Shown: one piece after another, positions 46,265-55,037 of the stretch | How positions within the stretch are numbered: the stretch's first letter is position 1 | Layout: the number at the start of each line of letters is the position of its first letter | Assembly (NCBI GenBank): GCA_964409035.1 | Contig: CAYPBQ010000001.1 | Coordinates: forward strand, 111,638 to 175,637 | Reading direction: 5' to 3' | DNA length: 64,000 nt | Origin: an uncultured Candidatus Saccharibacteria bacterium | GTDB taxonomy: Bacteria; Patescibacteriota; Minisyncoccia; Phycocordibacterales; UBA12088 | The notes under the pieces: generated by a model | What the model was told of the DNA's origin: nothing | The model's input: only the letters and a program-made list of their open reading frames with translations | Databases searched by the model: none | Made by a program: the position numbers and the translations under genes

Positions 46265-46552
46265 GTGATTCTATGCGAAAAGTACTACACATCGGAGTCA
46301 TGTCAAGGCAAGCTACTGGAGATTGACACAAAAGAGAATAGCCACTACTCTTCTAATAAACAAGTGGATAGGCTGCTTGTTCCCAACCCGCATACGGAGA
46401 ATCCTATGCAAAAGAGCGTTCTGTCGACCGACTCAACTCCCCAAGGCAATCCGGCAGCCACCGTAGTCGATCTGCGGAAAGTGAGCATCAAGTCGTTGCC
46501 GCGTCGTCACAGCGATGTCTACATGCGGGGACTGCGACGTCCGCGCGCTTAA
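46265..46552 (+). CDS. Hypothetical small protein (GTG start; candidate RiPP precursor, speculative)
   Basis: 95 aa, divergent from the E1-like gene. The C-terminus is Arg-rich (...SLPRRHSDVYMRGLRRPRA). It is followed 14 nt later by a strong +-oriented terminator. Internal Met codons would allow a shorter peptide. Confidence 0.3.
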   Translation: MILCEKYYTSESCQGKLLEIDTKENSHYSSNKQVDRLLVPNPHTENPMQKSVLSTDSTPQGNPAATVVDLRKVSIKSLPRRHSDVYMRGLRRPRA

Positions 46553-46565
46553 TCGGACGACGGCC

Positions 46566-46605
46566 ATTGCCTGGGACGGAGACCACAACGTGTGGTTTCC
46601 GTCCC
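46566..46605 (+). terminator. Strong nested-hairpin intrinsic terminator
   Basis: gggacgga-gaccaca-acg-tgtggtt-tccgtccc followed by tttttcacttt. The U-tract is only on the + strand. Confidence 0.7.
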
Positions 46606-46638
46606 TTTTTCACTTTCCCTTCGGGCGCTTTTTGTTTT

Positions 46639-46811
46639 GTGGAGTGGAGCGAGCAAACTGCTTTGCTCGCGTCGGGCATCGAAAGGCGCAGGCATATCGC
46701 GAAGCGATGCCGAGCCGTGGTCAAGAGTGCTTAGTATTTTTAGAGCAACGCGAATAAAAATAGTTAGCAACTAGTGACCGATTCCCATAAGACGATTCCC
46801 GCCACCTCAAG
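46639..46811 (+). repeat. tmRNA-3'-end-associated structured module, copy 3 (4.4 kb from copies 1 and 2)
   Basis: GTGGAGTGGAG, then the hairpin cgagcaaactgctttgctcg, which has compensatory changes relative to copy 1's cgagagaacttcttctctcg, then GTCGGGCATCGAAAGGCGCAGG. The interior is homologous to copy 1 (tatttttagagcaacgcgaataaaaatagttagcaac against tatctttttgagcgcagcgatagaaagtagttagcgac). It ends cgattcccataagacgattcccgccacctcaag, a degenerate tmRNA 3' end. Confidence 0.6.
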
Positions 46812-46855
46812 ACAAAAATGAAATATCCTCCCCAAGTTGGTGTAATAAGAGTAGT

Positions 46856-47413
46856 ATGCGGGGTATGGAGTCCGAAAGTGACGAAATAGTGGCAGAAAAA
46901 ATACAATCGGGCGATGCCGAGGCGTTTGGTGTATTGATGGATAGGTATGAGGCAAAGATAACCCGATATGCGAGTAGATTTTTGTACTCGTATGATGATC
47001 AGCTTGATGCCGTGCAGGATGTTTTCTTGCGAGCGTTTCAAAATATCCAAAGTTTCAATTCGAGCCAAAAGTTTTCTCCATGGCTATATCGAATTGCGCA
47101 CAACGTATTTCTTAATATCATCAGAAAGAAAGGGAGAGAAAAAATCTCCTTTGTCGATCTCGATACTCTGTTCCCTTCTGGTATCCCAGATGAGAGTGAG
47201 GAAAGAGTCATGCTATCTAATGAGTACCCGCATATTGAACGGTACCTTTCTGCGCTCGATGTAAAGTACAGAGAGGTGTTGGTATTATTTTATTTTGAAG
47301 AACACTCATACGAGCAAATCGCAGAAATATTACAAATCCCAAAGGCAACCGTCGGAGTGCGGTTAAAAAGAGCAAAGAGCGCAATGAAGAAAATAGTAGA
47401 AACATCAGCATGA
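46856..47413 (+). CDS. ECF-type RNA polymerase sigma-70 factor
   Basis: Region 2 (FLRAFQNIQSFNSSQKFSPWLYRIAHNVFLNIIRKK) and region 4 HTH (EQIAEILQIPKATVGVRLKRAKSAMKK). Confidence 0.8.
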   Translation: MRGMESESDEIVAEKIQSGDAEAFGVLMDRYEAKITRYASRFLYSYDDQLDAVQDVFLRAFQNIQSFNSSQKFSPWLYRIAHNVFLNIIRKKGREKISFVDLDTLFPSGIPDESEERVMLSNEYPHIERYLSALDVKYREVLVLFYFEEHSYEQIAEILQIPKATVGVRLKRAKSAMKKIVETSA

Positions 47414-48162
47414 ACAATCTCAAACACACAGTAATGAATACAATAAAGGCAGGAAATGTCTCTATGCATTCGCGAATGCACTTTATTATTCGTAGCACGC
47501 TCCTCATTACGGGATTTGTTCTATTGTTTGCCGCGTCATTATTTTTGGTAAGTTTTGTGATATTTCTTCTACGAACAAACGGGCTTCTTGGTATCGCCCA
47601 CTTTGGCATGGACGCACTTGGCTCTTTGTTATTTAGCCTTCCGTGGCTAATCCTGCTTTTAGCAGTATTAGTATTTATCACTCTAGAGTTACTCGCATCA
47701 CACTTCTCATTTGTATATAAGCGCCCACTTGTGTATTCGATTCTTGGCGGCAGTGTAGTGGTAGTCTGCGGCGGAGTCCTTATCGCACACAGCACCATTC
47801 ACGAGCAAATGTTTCGACTCAACGAGCTTCGCCCTATACCAGGGATAAATTATATGTACAAGCAAGCATTGTTTACACCCGAGGGGGTACTTGTCGGGAT
47901 TATATCTAGCTCTAGCAGTTCATTTATTGATATTGATACAAGAGGTGGTTCAAGCACCCGTGTCACCGTCCTTGAAAAAACCAGACGACCACCTATGCCC
48001 TTTGCCGTTGGAGATGCGGTAGTGGTAATGACCAAAAAGGAGAACGGCAGTATTACAGCAATAGGTATACGCCCGATTGAAAAGCAACGCGCTCTTTTAC
48101 ACAAAAAGGACATACAGCAACAGAAAAAGGACCTATGCAAAGAGGCGGAATGTCGCAAGTGA
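47410..48162 (+). CDS. Membrane protein, possible anti-sigma factor (overlaps sigma gene stop)
   Basis: 4-bp overlap (ATGA) with the sigma factor gene, with TM helices. No zinc-finger anti-sigma motif was recognised. Confidence 0.35.
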   Translation: MNNLKHTVMNTIKAGNVSMHSRMHFIIRSTLLITGFVLLFAASLFLVSFVIFLLRTNGLLGIAHFGMDALGSLLFSLPWLILLLAVLVFITLELLASHFSFVYKRPLVYSILGGSVVVVCGGVLIAHSTIHEQMFRLNELRPIPGINYMYKQALFTPEGVLVGIISSSSSSFIDIDTRGGSSTRVTVLEKTRRPPMPFAVGDAVVVMTKKENGSITAIGIRPIEKQRALLHKKDIQQQKKDLCKEAECRK

Positions 48163-48285
48163 AATAAGTAACACTAAATGGTGTACTAATAAGTGTGAGG
48201 ACGCTCACGTATCACAATATAAACTTCTGTATCATTGTGATAACAACTTATTAAAAAACACACATTACTTCATACGCATCACTCT

Positions 48286-48879
48286 ATGGTTAAGACATAT
48301 ATTATTGCGGGTATTATCGCAACCAGTATAGTAGCAGGAACTACAGCATTTGCAGCTGAGGACACAATGCCACTACGTGGCGCAGGTCACATTGATAAAG
48401 GAGCAATAGTGGCAGACCTTCTTGGTATTACACAAGATGAATTTATCTCCAGAGTCAAAAATGGAGAAAAGCCAAAGGAAATGCTCGAGAGTGCTGGTAT
48501 TACAAAAGAGGACATGGAATCAGCTCGAGCCACGCATATGCGTGAGCGGCTAGCCAAAGCAGTAGCAGATGGAAAGATAACGCAAGCACAAGCAGATGAA
48601 AAAGTTAAAAAAATGGAACTACGACAAGCTAAGCATGAGTCAATACGCGTAGCTATTACCAACAACGACTACGATGCATTTATTATTGCAGTCGCAGACA
48701 CTCCCCTTAAAGAAAGGGTGACACGAGAAAACTTTGCAAAATTTGTGGAAGCACATCGTCTTCATGAAGCAGGTGACCATAACGGAGCAAAAGCCATCAT
48801 GGACGAGCTCGGACTTAAAGGTCTACATAAGGACGCAAAACACACAAAAGGCATGGGCTCCATAAGGAGTGCAAAATAA
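48286..48879 (+). CDS. Secreted hypothetical protein
   Basis: Signal peptide MVKTYIIAGIIATSIVAGTTAFAAED followed by a helical Lys/Glu-rich domain. The terminator acaccgccc-aata-gggcggtgt is at 48906-48927. Confidence 0.5.
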   Translation: MVKTYIIAGIIATSIVAGTTAFAAEDTMPLRGAGHIDKGAIVADLLGITQDEFISRVKNGEKPKEMLESAGITKEDMESARATHMRERLAKAVADGKITQAQADEKVKKMELRQAKHESIRVAITNNDYDAFIIAVADTPLKERVTRENFAKFVEAHRLHEAGDHNGAKAIMDELGLKGLHKDAKHTKGMGSIRSAK

Positions 48880-49005
48880 TGTAGTCACATAAACACAGCA
48901 TACGCACACCGCCCAATAGGGCGGTGTTTCGTTATACAAACAGAATAAATTCATCTTACAAAAAAATGCCGGATAAATCCGGCACAAGCACTGTGAGATG
49001 TTATT

Positions 49006-49431
49006 CTACTTTAAAGGGAAGGGTTCAATCGTTTTCGCCTTTTGAATCCACCAGGTTACCTCCTCCAAATTCGGCGATCTTCGAGATAGTCTCTCTTGTG
49101 CATTTATTTCATCAAGCAGGTCGTGCAGCTCCACGGCTTGTTGTTCTGCCAATACTTTGGCAGAAGTGATATTCCCGATTATCAGTAGATTTAGGAATAC
49201 TTGTCCAATGCCGTGTATACTAGCCAACTCGATACGACCATCACAAGCAATCAATGAATCTAATGAAATCCCTGTGTGTTCAGCAAATGCATCTAGATTC
49301 GGAAATAAATTTCTACGCACAAAATAACCCGGGACTGTGCATATCCTATTTTTTTTGAGTGTAGCTTGCACATTTTTATCTAGTCCTCCCACCTTTGATA
49401 GGGGGAGCTCGTATGCATTTCTATTTCCCAT
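49006..49431 (-). CDS. DUF4332 (HhH-like) domain protein
   Basis: LDSLIACDGRIELASIHGIGQVFLNLLIIGNITSAKVLAEQ matches the DUF4332 pattern. Confidence 0.5.
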   Translation of the reverse strand: MGNRNAYELPLSKVGGLDKNVQATLKKNRICTVPGYFVRRNLFPNLDAFAEHTGISLDSLIACDGRIELASIHGIGQVFLNLLIIGNITSAKVLAEQQAVELHDLLDEINAQERLSRRSPNLEEVTWWIQKAKTIEPFPLK

Positions 49432-49575
49432 GACGCTCTCCTTGCTGATGTGCCAGGGAGATTATGCAATATAATCTATATTTAGCAATACCCTGTGTGT
49501 AAAATGAGTTTAAATATAAAACACTACATGCCACAGCAAAAGATTTATCCCGGTTACGGGACTACTTTTCTGTAA

Positions 49576-50688
49576 TTGATGCTGTATAACCTAGGGTTAT
49601 TCTTTCTCAATATTTGCTATACTTCATACATGCGATTTGGATATATACAACAATTTTTCTTTTTTGGATTACTACTCGTTACCACGGCAACCTTTTTGTG
49701 GATGATTGGTGGATTTATTATGCCTATCTTTTGGGCAATAGTGCTCTCTATTGTCTTTTATCCTTTTTTTACCAGATGCGCTGATACCCTATTTGATAAT
49801 CGTACTGTCGCCTCACTCATTACGATACTTATTTTAATTGTTATCGTACTTGCTCCACTTATCAGCATTGCAGGGCTTGTGGTAAAAGAATCTATCACAC
49901 TGTATCAAACCATTACAGAAAACGGATCAGCACAAACACAAACACTTTCACTACTTGAGCACCTTGATGATCTTTCCTATTACCTTGAACCGTACGGAAT
50001 CACCGAGGCAATGGTCAAAGAAAAATTGAAGTCATATGTAGCTGGTATATCATCGTGGCTTACTTCATCAGCACTTACAATAAGCCAAATAACATTTTCT
50101 TTCCTTATCAATATTTGTTTAATGTTGTATATACTCTTCTTTCTTCTTAAGGACGGTGATGCGATACAGAAAAAATTGCTGCATATTCTCCCACTTGGAG
50201 ATAAGTATGAAAAGCTCCTTTTTGAGCGATTTAGTGCTACCACCCGAGCAGTGGTAAAGGGTACATTAGTGATCTCCGTCATCCAAGGCATTATTGGCGG
50301 CGTACTCTTTTATCTTACTGGAGTTACGGCGCCTGTGTTATGGGGCGTGGTTATGACATTTCTTGCTATTATTCCTGCGGTAGGTCCAGCAATAGTATGG
50401 ATCCCTGCGGGAGTTATTCTCATTCTCTCAGGTTTTCTATGGGAAGGCTTTACTATTCTTCTTGTGGGAAGCCTCCTTATTAGCCTTGTTGATAACGTGC
50501 TTAGACCTCTTCTTGTTGGGCGAGACACGCAAATGCCAGACGCAATAGTGTTACTTTCAACCATTGGCGGTCTTGCCACCTTTGGTATATCTGGCTTTGT
50601 TATTGGGCCAATTGTTGCCGCATTCTTTATTTCATTGTGGTCTATTTTTGAGGAGAAGTACCACGCGGAACTTTCTCAAAACACCTAA
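49576..50688 (+). CDS. AI-2E family transporter (PerM/YhhT-like, UPF0118)
   Basis: 8 TM helices and the conserved C-terminal region VVKGTLVISVIQGIIGGVLFYLTGVTAPVLWGVVMTFLAIIPAVGPAIVWIPAGV. The start may be an internal Met. Confidence 0.75.
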   Translation: MMLYNLGLFFLNICYTSYMRFGYIQQFFFFGLLLVTTATFLWMIGGFIMPIFWAIVLSIVFYPFFTRCADTLFDNRTVASLITILILIVIVLAPLISIAGLVVKESITLYQTITENGSAQTQTLSLLEHLDDLSYYLEPYGITEAMVKEKLKSYVAGISSWLTSSALTISQITFSFLINICLMLYILFFLLKDGDAIQKKLLHILPLGDKYEKLLFERFSATTRAVVKGTLVISVIQGIIGGVLFYLTGVTAPVLWGVVMTFLAIIPAVGPAIVWIPAGVILILSGFLWEGFTILLVGSLLISLVDNVLRPLLVGRDTQMPDAIVLLSTIGGLATFGISGFVIGPIVAAFFISLWSIFEEKYHAELSQNT

Positions 50689-50690
50689 CG

Positions 50691-51326
50691 CTACTTAATT
50701 AGTTCAACATATTCTCCAAGTACCCATCCTTCTGTCTTTGCATCTACCACAATAAGATACCATCCGTCTTTTAGCTCTTTGTATTCGTATTCTGTTCGAG
50801 GAGATACGCGAGTCACACGAGTACCTGTTGGAGATGGTGTCGCACGAACATTAAGCCACCCTGTCTCGGTCTCTCGTATACGAAGTTTCTTAACCACTAC
50901 TGAGGGAGTTGGTGTGGTGCTTGTTGCTACGGTACTTGTAGCCACGGTAGTAGGCGGAGTAAGACTATCATCAAGTGGTGTTTCGTCTATTACCACCTCT
51001 GGTCTATTACTTGTTGAAATACCCAAGGTAAGAAAATGCGGTGCGTAAAAAACAATTCCTGCGATAATTCCAATAACCGCACTTACCACTACAATCTGAA
51101 ATAGCACCCCTAAAAAGGAGACGTCTTTAAGAAATGGTCGATGGGGACGGGGTGGATATGGCTTATTGCTTGTTGTGTATGCTTCCTCAACCTCATCTTC
51201 AAACACATCATCAATGACAGCTTCCGGTTCATAGGTCTGCTCGCTTGCTTTTGCCTTACGCGTGATATCTTCTGTATGTGGTTTTTGTCGTTTGCCCTCC
51301 ATGTGTGTAGTATAACTCCAGTGCAC
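50691..51326 (-). CDS. Membrane-anchored SH3b domain protein
   Basis: Acidic N-terminus, one TM helix (VLFQIVVVSAVIGIIAGIVFY), a Thr/Ser/Pro-rich linker and a C-terminal SH3_3-like domain (GWLNVRATPSPTGTRVTRVSPRTEYEYKELKDGWYLIVVDAKTEGWVLGEYVELI). Confidence 0.55.
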   Translation of the reverse strand: MHWSYTTHMEGKRQKPHTEDITRKAKASEQTYEPEAVIDDVFEDEVEEAYTTSNKPYPPRPHRPFLKDVSFLGVLFQIVVVSAVIGIIAGIVFYAPHFLTLGISTSNRPEVVIDETPLDDSLTPPTTVATSTVATSTTPTPSVVVKKLRIRETETGWLNVRATPSPTGTRVTRVSPRTEYEYKELKDGWYLIVVDAKTEGWVLGEYVELIK

Positions 51327-51334
51327 TGCTTTTA

Positions 51335-53356
51335 CTATGCCTCAAATTTCAATGGGTCACACTCCTTACAAATACCCAATGTATTGAGTTTTGCTAGATA
51401 ATCAAGCACGGTAATAACGTATTCTGCATGACTCCAAACTAGTGGCGCAACAGATACCTGACTCCCTGTGTATGGGTTAATTTGCTCTGATAGAATTCCA
51501 GAGGGGGTAGCGTATTTTGTCATCCATTCGAATACCTTTCTTACCTTATCTAAGTCACCATCATCTTTTGCGGTAGCAATATCAAATTGCGTAAACCATA
51601 GTGTTGTAATAAACCAAGGATTTTCTGATGCATCATCACCTGATCTAAAGTATTGATCATGCTCATAACGCTTTATGCCTCCAATATGCGTATCTACATG
51701 CAACTTTTTCCGAGTAACCGTAAATGCTCGTATGAGTCGCTCATCAGTAGGAGGAAGTACTCCAAATCGAAACACTCCATACGCGCTACTAGCATCTAGG
51801 GTTCGCTCTGGGTGGACTACACCATCTTCAATCATGATTGAGCGGTAAAAAAATCCATCTCCCGCATCATAACAATATTTGATAATGCTCTGCTGTATCT
51901 CCTTAGCAACATCACTGTATAAGAGCGCCTCGTCGTGCTTTCCGAGTAATGTTGCAAATTTTGACGCGACCGTAAGAGCGCCATACACAGATGAGGCGGT
52001 AAATGTGTGTATTCCGTACCTCTCTTCCCATATATCATAGCTAGGTAGTGGCATTCCTGTTTTCTCATCACGATATTTACACAAAAATTGTGCCGTCTTC
52101 TTTATAAGAGTATTGTAGACCTCTTCAATAAACTCAAGGTCTTTGGATAGCTCGTAGTAGCGCCACAGCGAATAGAGCACTAGTGCTGTCTCATCTTCTT
52201 GAATTGGGAGTACTCGCTTCCCCTCTCGTAACCATGGATGCCACGAGCTACCAAGAGAACCATCAACACCATACTTGTGCATAAAGTAACCACCATCAGA
52301 GAGTATTTGATTACAAAACTCAAAAAAACGCTTTGCAGGAGAATATGATCCTGATTGATAGAGGGCGATAGTGGTAATTGCTCCGTCGCGTGGCCACGAG
52401 TACGCATAAGAATCTTTACCCTGGTGGAGGATATCTGAATCAGAAGAGGCAATAACTGCCCCTCCCGCGTCAACATGCGCGCGAATAGTAAATAATGACC
52501 TTTTAAACAAGGCAATCGCCTTTTCTCCCATACCATAAAAGGTGTACGGTCTACGGCTAACCCACGCTCTCCAAAAGTCAGTGGTGGTAGTAATCAAATG
52601 TTGTGGACCCTTTTGAAGCACATACGAGTTAAGGGCGGTAACTTCAGGTATCGAAAATCCCGCACACATCCAAAAAAATACTTCTTTTTGTTCACGCGGC
52701 AAAAATCTAATTCCACATCCAATTACCGAATCAGCAGGTCCATGTTCGATAGGATTCTTGGATAGGATACCTTCTTCTGCGTCTCTAAAAGAACCCTCTT
52801 TATTCCATATACCTTGAATGCCAGTAGTATACTCAGTAAATTTTTTACCATCAGCAATAGCATTTACCAAAAACACCCGCTTGCCCTTATAGTGTATGAC
52901 TGCATGCGTATCAGGATCAAAGTATGCCGTGTGTGCCGTAGATGATTCGTATATCTGAAACTCTTGCCCAAAGAATATTTTTACCACGCGCTCATCGTTA
53001 CGTTCGTTTTTTATGGAAAACTTTCTTACCAAAATTGTCTTTTCGTTATATACCACGTCAGTTATTGTGATAGAAATACCAAGTTCGTGATTACGAGCCG
53101 TGGTAACTCCAACCTGCGAATCAATCTCAGAGCCAACCTGTATGTCCCACGCATTATCAACAAACCAATAAAAAACTCCATCTACCCATACGCCTACACG
53201 GTGAATAAGCCCCCTGCCCACATGGTTTTCTAACCCGACTTGCGGATAATACAAATCCTTAACCTGCCCATCAGCATCAAATCCAATAAGCAAATTACCA
53301 TTACCGAGTGTGAGCGATCTAGACATTATACTTAGCAAGCGAAGCTCTAACTGCAT
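51335..53356 (-). CDS. Glycoside hydrolase family 15 (glucoamylase/glucodextranase-like)
   Basis: 673 aa. An N-terminal beta-sandwich domain is followed by an (alpha/alpha)6 barrel. The GH15 catalytic-region pattern is YAYSWPRDGAITTIAL. Confidence 0.75.
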   Translation of the reverse strand: MQLELRLLSIMSRSLTLGNGNLLIGFDADGQVKDLYYPQVGLENHVGRGLIHRVGVWVDGVFYWFVDNAWDIQVGSEIDSQVGVTTARNHELGISITITDVVYNEKTILVRKFSIKNERNDERVVKIFFGQEFQIYESSTAHTAYFDPDTHAVIHYKGKRVFLVNAIADGKKFTEYTTGIQGIWNKEGSFRDAEEGILSKNPIEHGPADSVIGCGIRFLPREQKEVFFWMCAGFSIPEVTALNSYVLQKGPQHLITTTTDFWRAWVSRRPYTFYGMGEKAIALFKRSLFTIRAHVDAGGAVIASSDSDILHQGKDSYAYSWPRDGAITTIALYQSGSYSPAKRFFEFCNQILSDGGYFMHKYGVDGSLGSSWHPWLREGKRVLPIQEDETALVLYSLWRYYELSKDLEFIEEVYNTLIKKTAQFLCKYRDEKTGMPLPSYDIWEERYGIHTFTASSVYGALTVASKFATLLGKHDEALLYSDVAKEIQQSIIKYCYDAGDGFFYRSIMIEDGVVHPERTLDASSAYGVFRFGVLPPTDERLIRAFTVTRKKLHVDTHIGGIKRYEHDQYFRSGDDASENPWFITTLWFTQFDIATAKDDGDLDKVRKVFEWMTKYATPSGILSEQINPYTGSQVSVAPLVWSHAEYVITVLDYLAKLNTLGICKECDPLKFEA

Positions 53357-53765
53357 CTATAGTTTCGTGTCTTGTTTGCGCGCGTTTGATTTTTTTAGCA
53401 CACGCATCATCACAAAGGACAATACCGACCCATGGCACAAAGTCATTTCGCTCGGCATTAACATGATAAGAAAACTGCGCATCATCAATTTCCTCTAGAA
53501 CACGAAGTAATTCGAGTAGATTACTTATAATGTGTCCGCTACTGAAGTAGAAACGATACTCTCCCTCAGCGTGCAATAAATCCTTTTTGACATTTGATTT
53601 TTTGGTAACGGATTTTCTGGCGGTTTTTGGAAGTGCTGACCGTGAAGTACGCTTCTTTAATGAAGACGCTGCTTCTGTGACGACTTCTTTTTTTGCCATA
53701 GATATAGTGCCGTTAACATTATAATTGCCTTGTATTCCTAATATATCTCTAAACGTTTCCCACAT
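53319..53765 (-). CDS. Hypothetical protein with Lys-rich N-terminal region
   Basis: The start is probably at MAKKEVV (53699). It overlaps the GH15 start by 38 nt. No recognised family. Confidence 0.4.
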   Translation of the reverse strand: MWETFRDILGIQGNYNVNGTISMAKKEVVTEAASSLKKRTSRSALPKTARKSVTKKSNVKKDLLHAEGEYRFYFSSGHIISNLLELLRVLEEIDDAQFSYHVNAERNDFVPWVGIVLCDDACAKKIKRAQTRHETIDAVRASLAKYNV

Positions 53766-53807
53766 AATTGATGCGTATAGTGTAAGTATACCACTGTGAT
53801 AGCGTGC

Positions 53808-55037
53808 CTATGTCTTGTTATGCACAGCTTCTATCCGCAGTGTGAGGTCTTTAACGGCATTCATATAAGCAATAAAGGCATCGTATGGAGAGTCATACGG
53901 AGAAAAGTACGCATGCACATCACCGTCATTAGACCACTTAGTACACATATAATAAAAATGATCAGATGTTTGGAGTTTTCGCCACGAAGTAATTAGTGCT
54001 GAATCGTTAGTAGCAAGAACACTCTCTTCAAGTTTATATATCGCCTCAATCGCACTCCTCTGCATATCATTTGCCACCCACGCGGTAAGGTCCCTATCGG
54101 TATCTGCCCACGTAAGTATCTCTGGAGAATCAATCTCTCCCCTATCTTGATAGGATGCTACTGTTTGTGAGGGTGTCTTGAATGAATTATCTGGATGAGC
54201 AAGAATCGCTGAAGGCAACGCGCGTAAAAAATCAAAAATACCAGTATCTTCCCATTGATGTTCACCAAATGTTTCAAAATCCATAAAGAGATTAACCGTC
54301 TCTCCATTTCCATTGATTGAGGAAATCCAGTGCGCGTAGGTGTCTGCGGTAAGAGGCCACGATTCCCAACTTTTTTGACCAAAGCGAAATGCGACATCAT
54401 CAGATAACTTGTAGTTTTTTAATAGTAGCTTTATGTTTGTTGCTCCCTTTGGATGGTACACAAAATTTGGACTTCTCTCTCCTAAAATTGTATGCCATCC
54501 CTCAGCAAGTACTGCCGTATACCCCGCGCGATCTGCCCATATCCCAACGTTGTTATTATATGAAAGTTCAGTATTTCTAAATACCGTTGGTGTAACACCA
54601 AATAAATCCTGTATTTTCTTTTTATGAAGAAGTACTTGTCGTTCAAACTCCTTTTGTGAATAGAAAAATGCTAGTGAATGGTAATAAGTCTCACTCAATA
54701 CTTCTACTCGGCCAGTTGCAATTACCTGCCTAAACAACACAAGCGTGTCACTATCCCATGCCTCAAGTTGTTCTAACACTAGCCCAGAGAATGATAGAGA
54801 AAAGGTAAACTCTGGATGCTTCTCTAGTAACTCCAATAGCACACGTAGTGTTGGTGCATAGGATTTACTGGCAACTTTTTTTAGTATCCATTCATTATTA
54901 AGATTATTCGATCCTGTTGCATTAAAGTACTCGCTATCCTCAGCAATATCAAATACTCGGTACCGCTTTACCCGGTATGGCTGATGAACCTGTAAATATA
55001 TACACACTGATGCCATATTACATGGGGTTTCTTCCAA
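53808..55037 (-). CDS. Glycoside hydrolase family 57 protein (alpha-glucan-active)
   Basis: N-terminal YLQVHQPYR, typical of GH57, in a (beta/alpha)7-barrel-sized protein of 409 aa. Confidence 0.7.
   Translation of the reverse strand: MEETPCNMASVCIYLQVHQPYRVKRYRVFDIAEDSEYFNATGSNNLNNEWILKKVASKSYAPTLRVLLELLEKHPEFTFSLSFSGLVLEQLEAWDSDTLVLFRQVIATGRVEVLSETYYHSLAFFYSQKEFERQVLLHKKKIQDLFGVTPTVFRNTELSYNNNVGIWADRAGYTAVLAEGWHTILGERSPNFVYHPKGATNIKLLLKNYKLSDDVAFRFGQKSWESWPLTADTYAHWISSINGNGETVNLFMDFETFGEHQWEDTGIFDFLRALPSAILAHPDNSFKTPSQTVASYQDRGEIDSPEILTWADTDRDLTAWVANDMQRSAIEAIYKLEESVLATNDSALITSWRKLQTSDHFYYMCTKWSNDGDVHAYFSPYDSPYDAFIAYMNAVKDLTLRIEAVHNKT

Noticed and set aside
46488-46770. Minus-strand ORFs 46488..46724 and 46549..46770
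   Set aside because: They lie inside repeat module 3 and the nested terminator. They are Arg/Ala-rich from GC-rich repeat sequence, with no start context.
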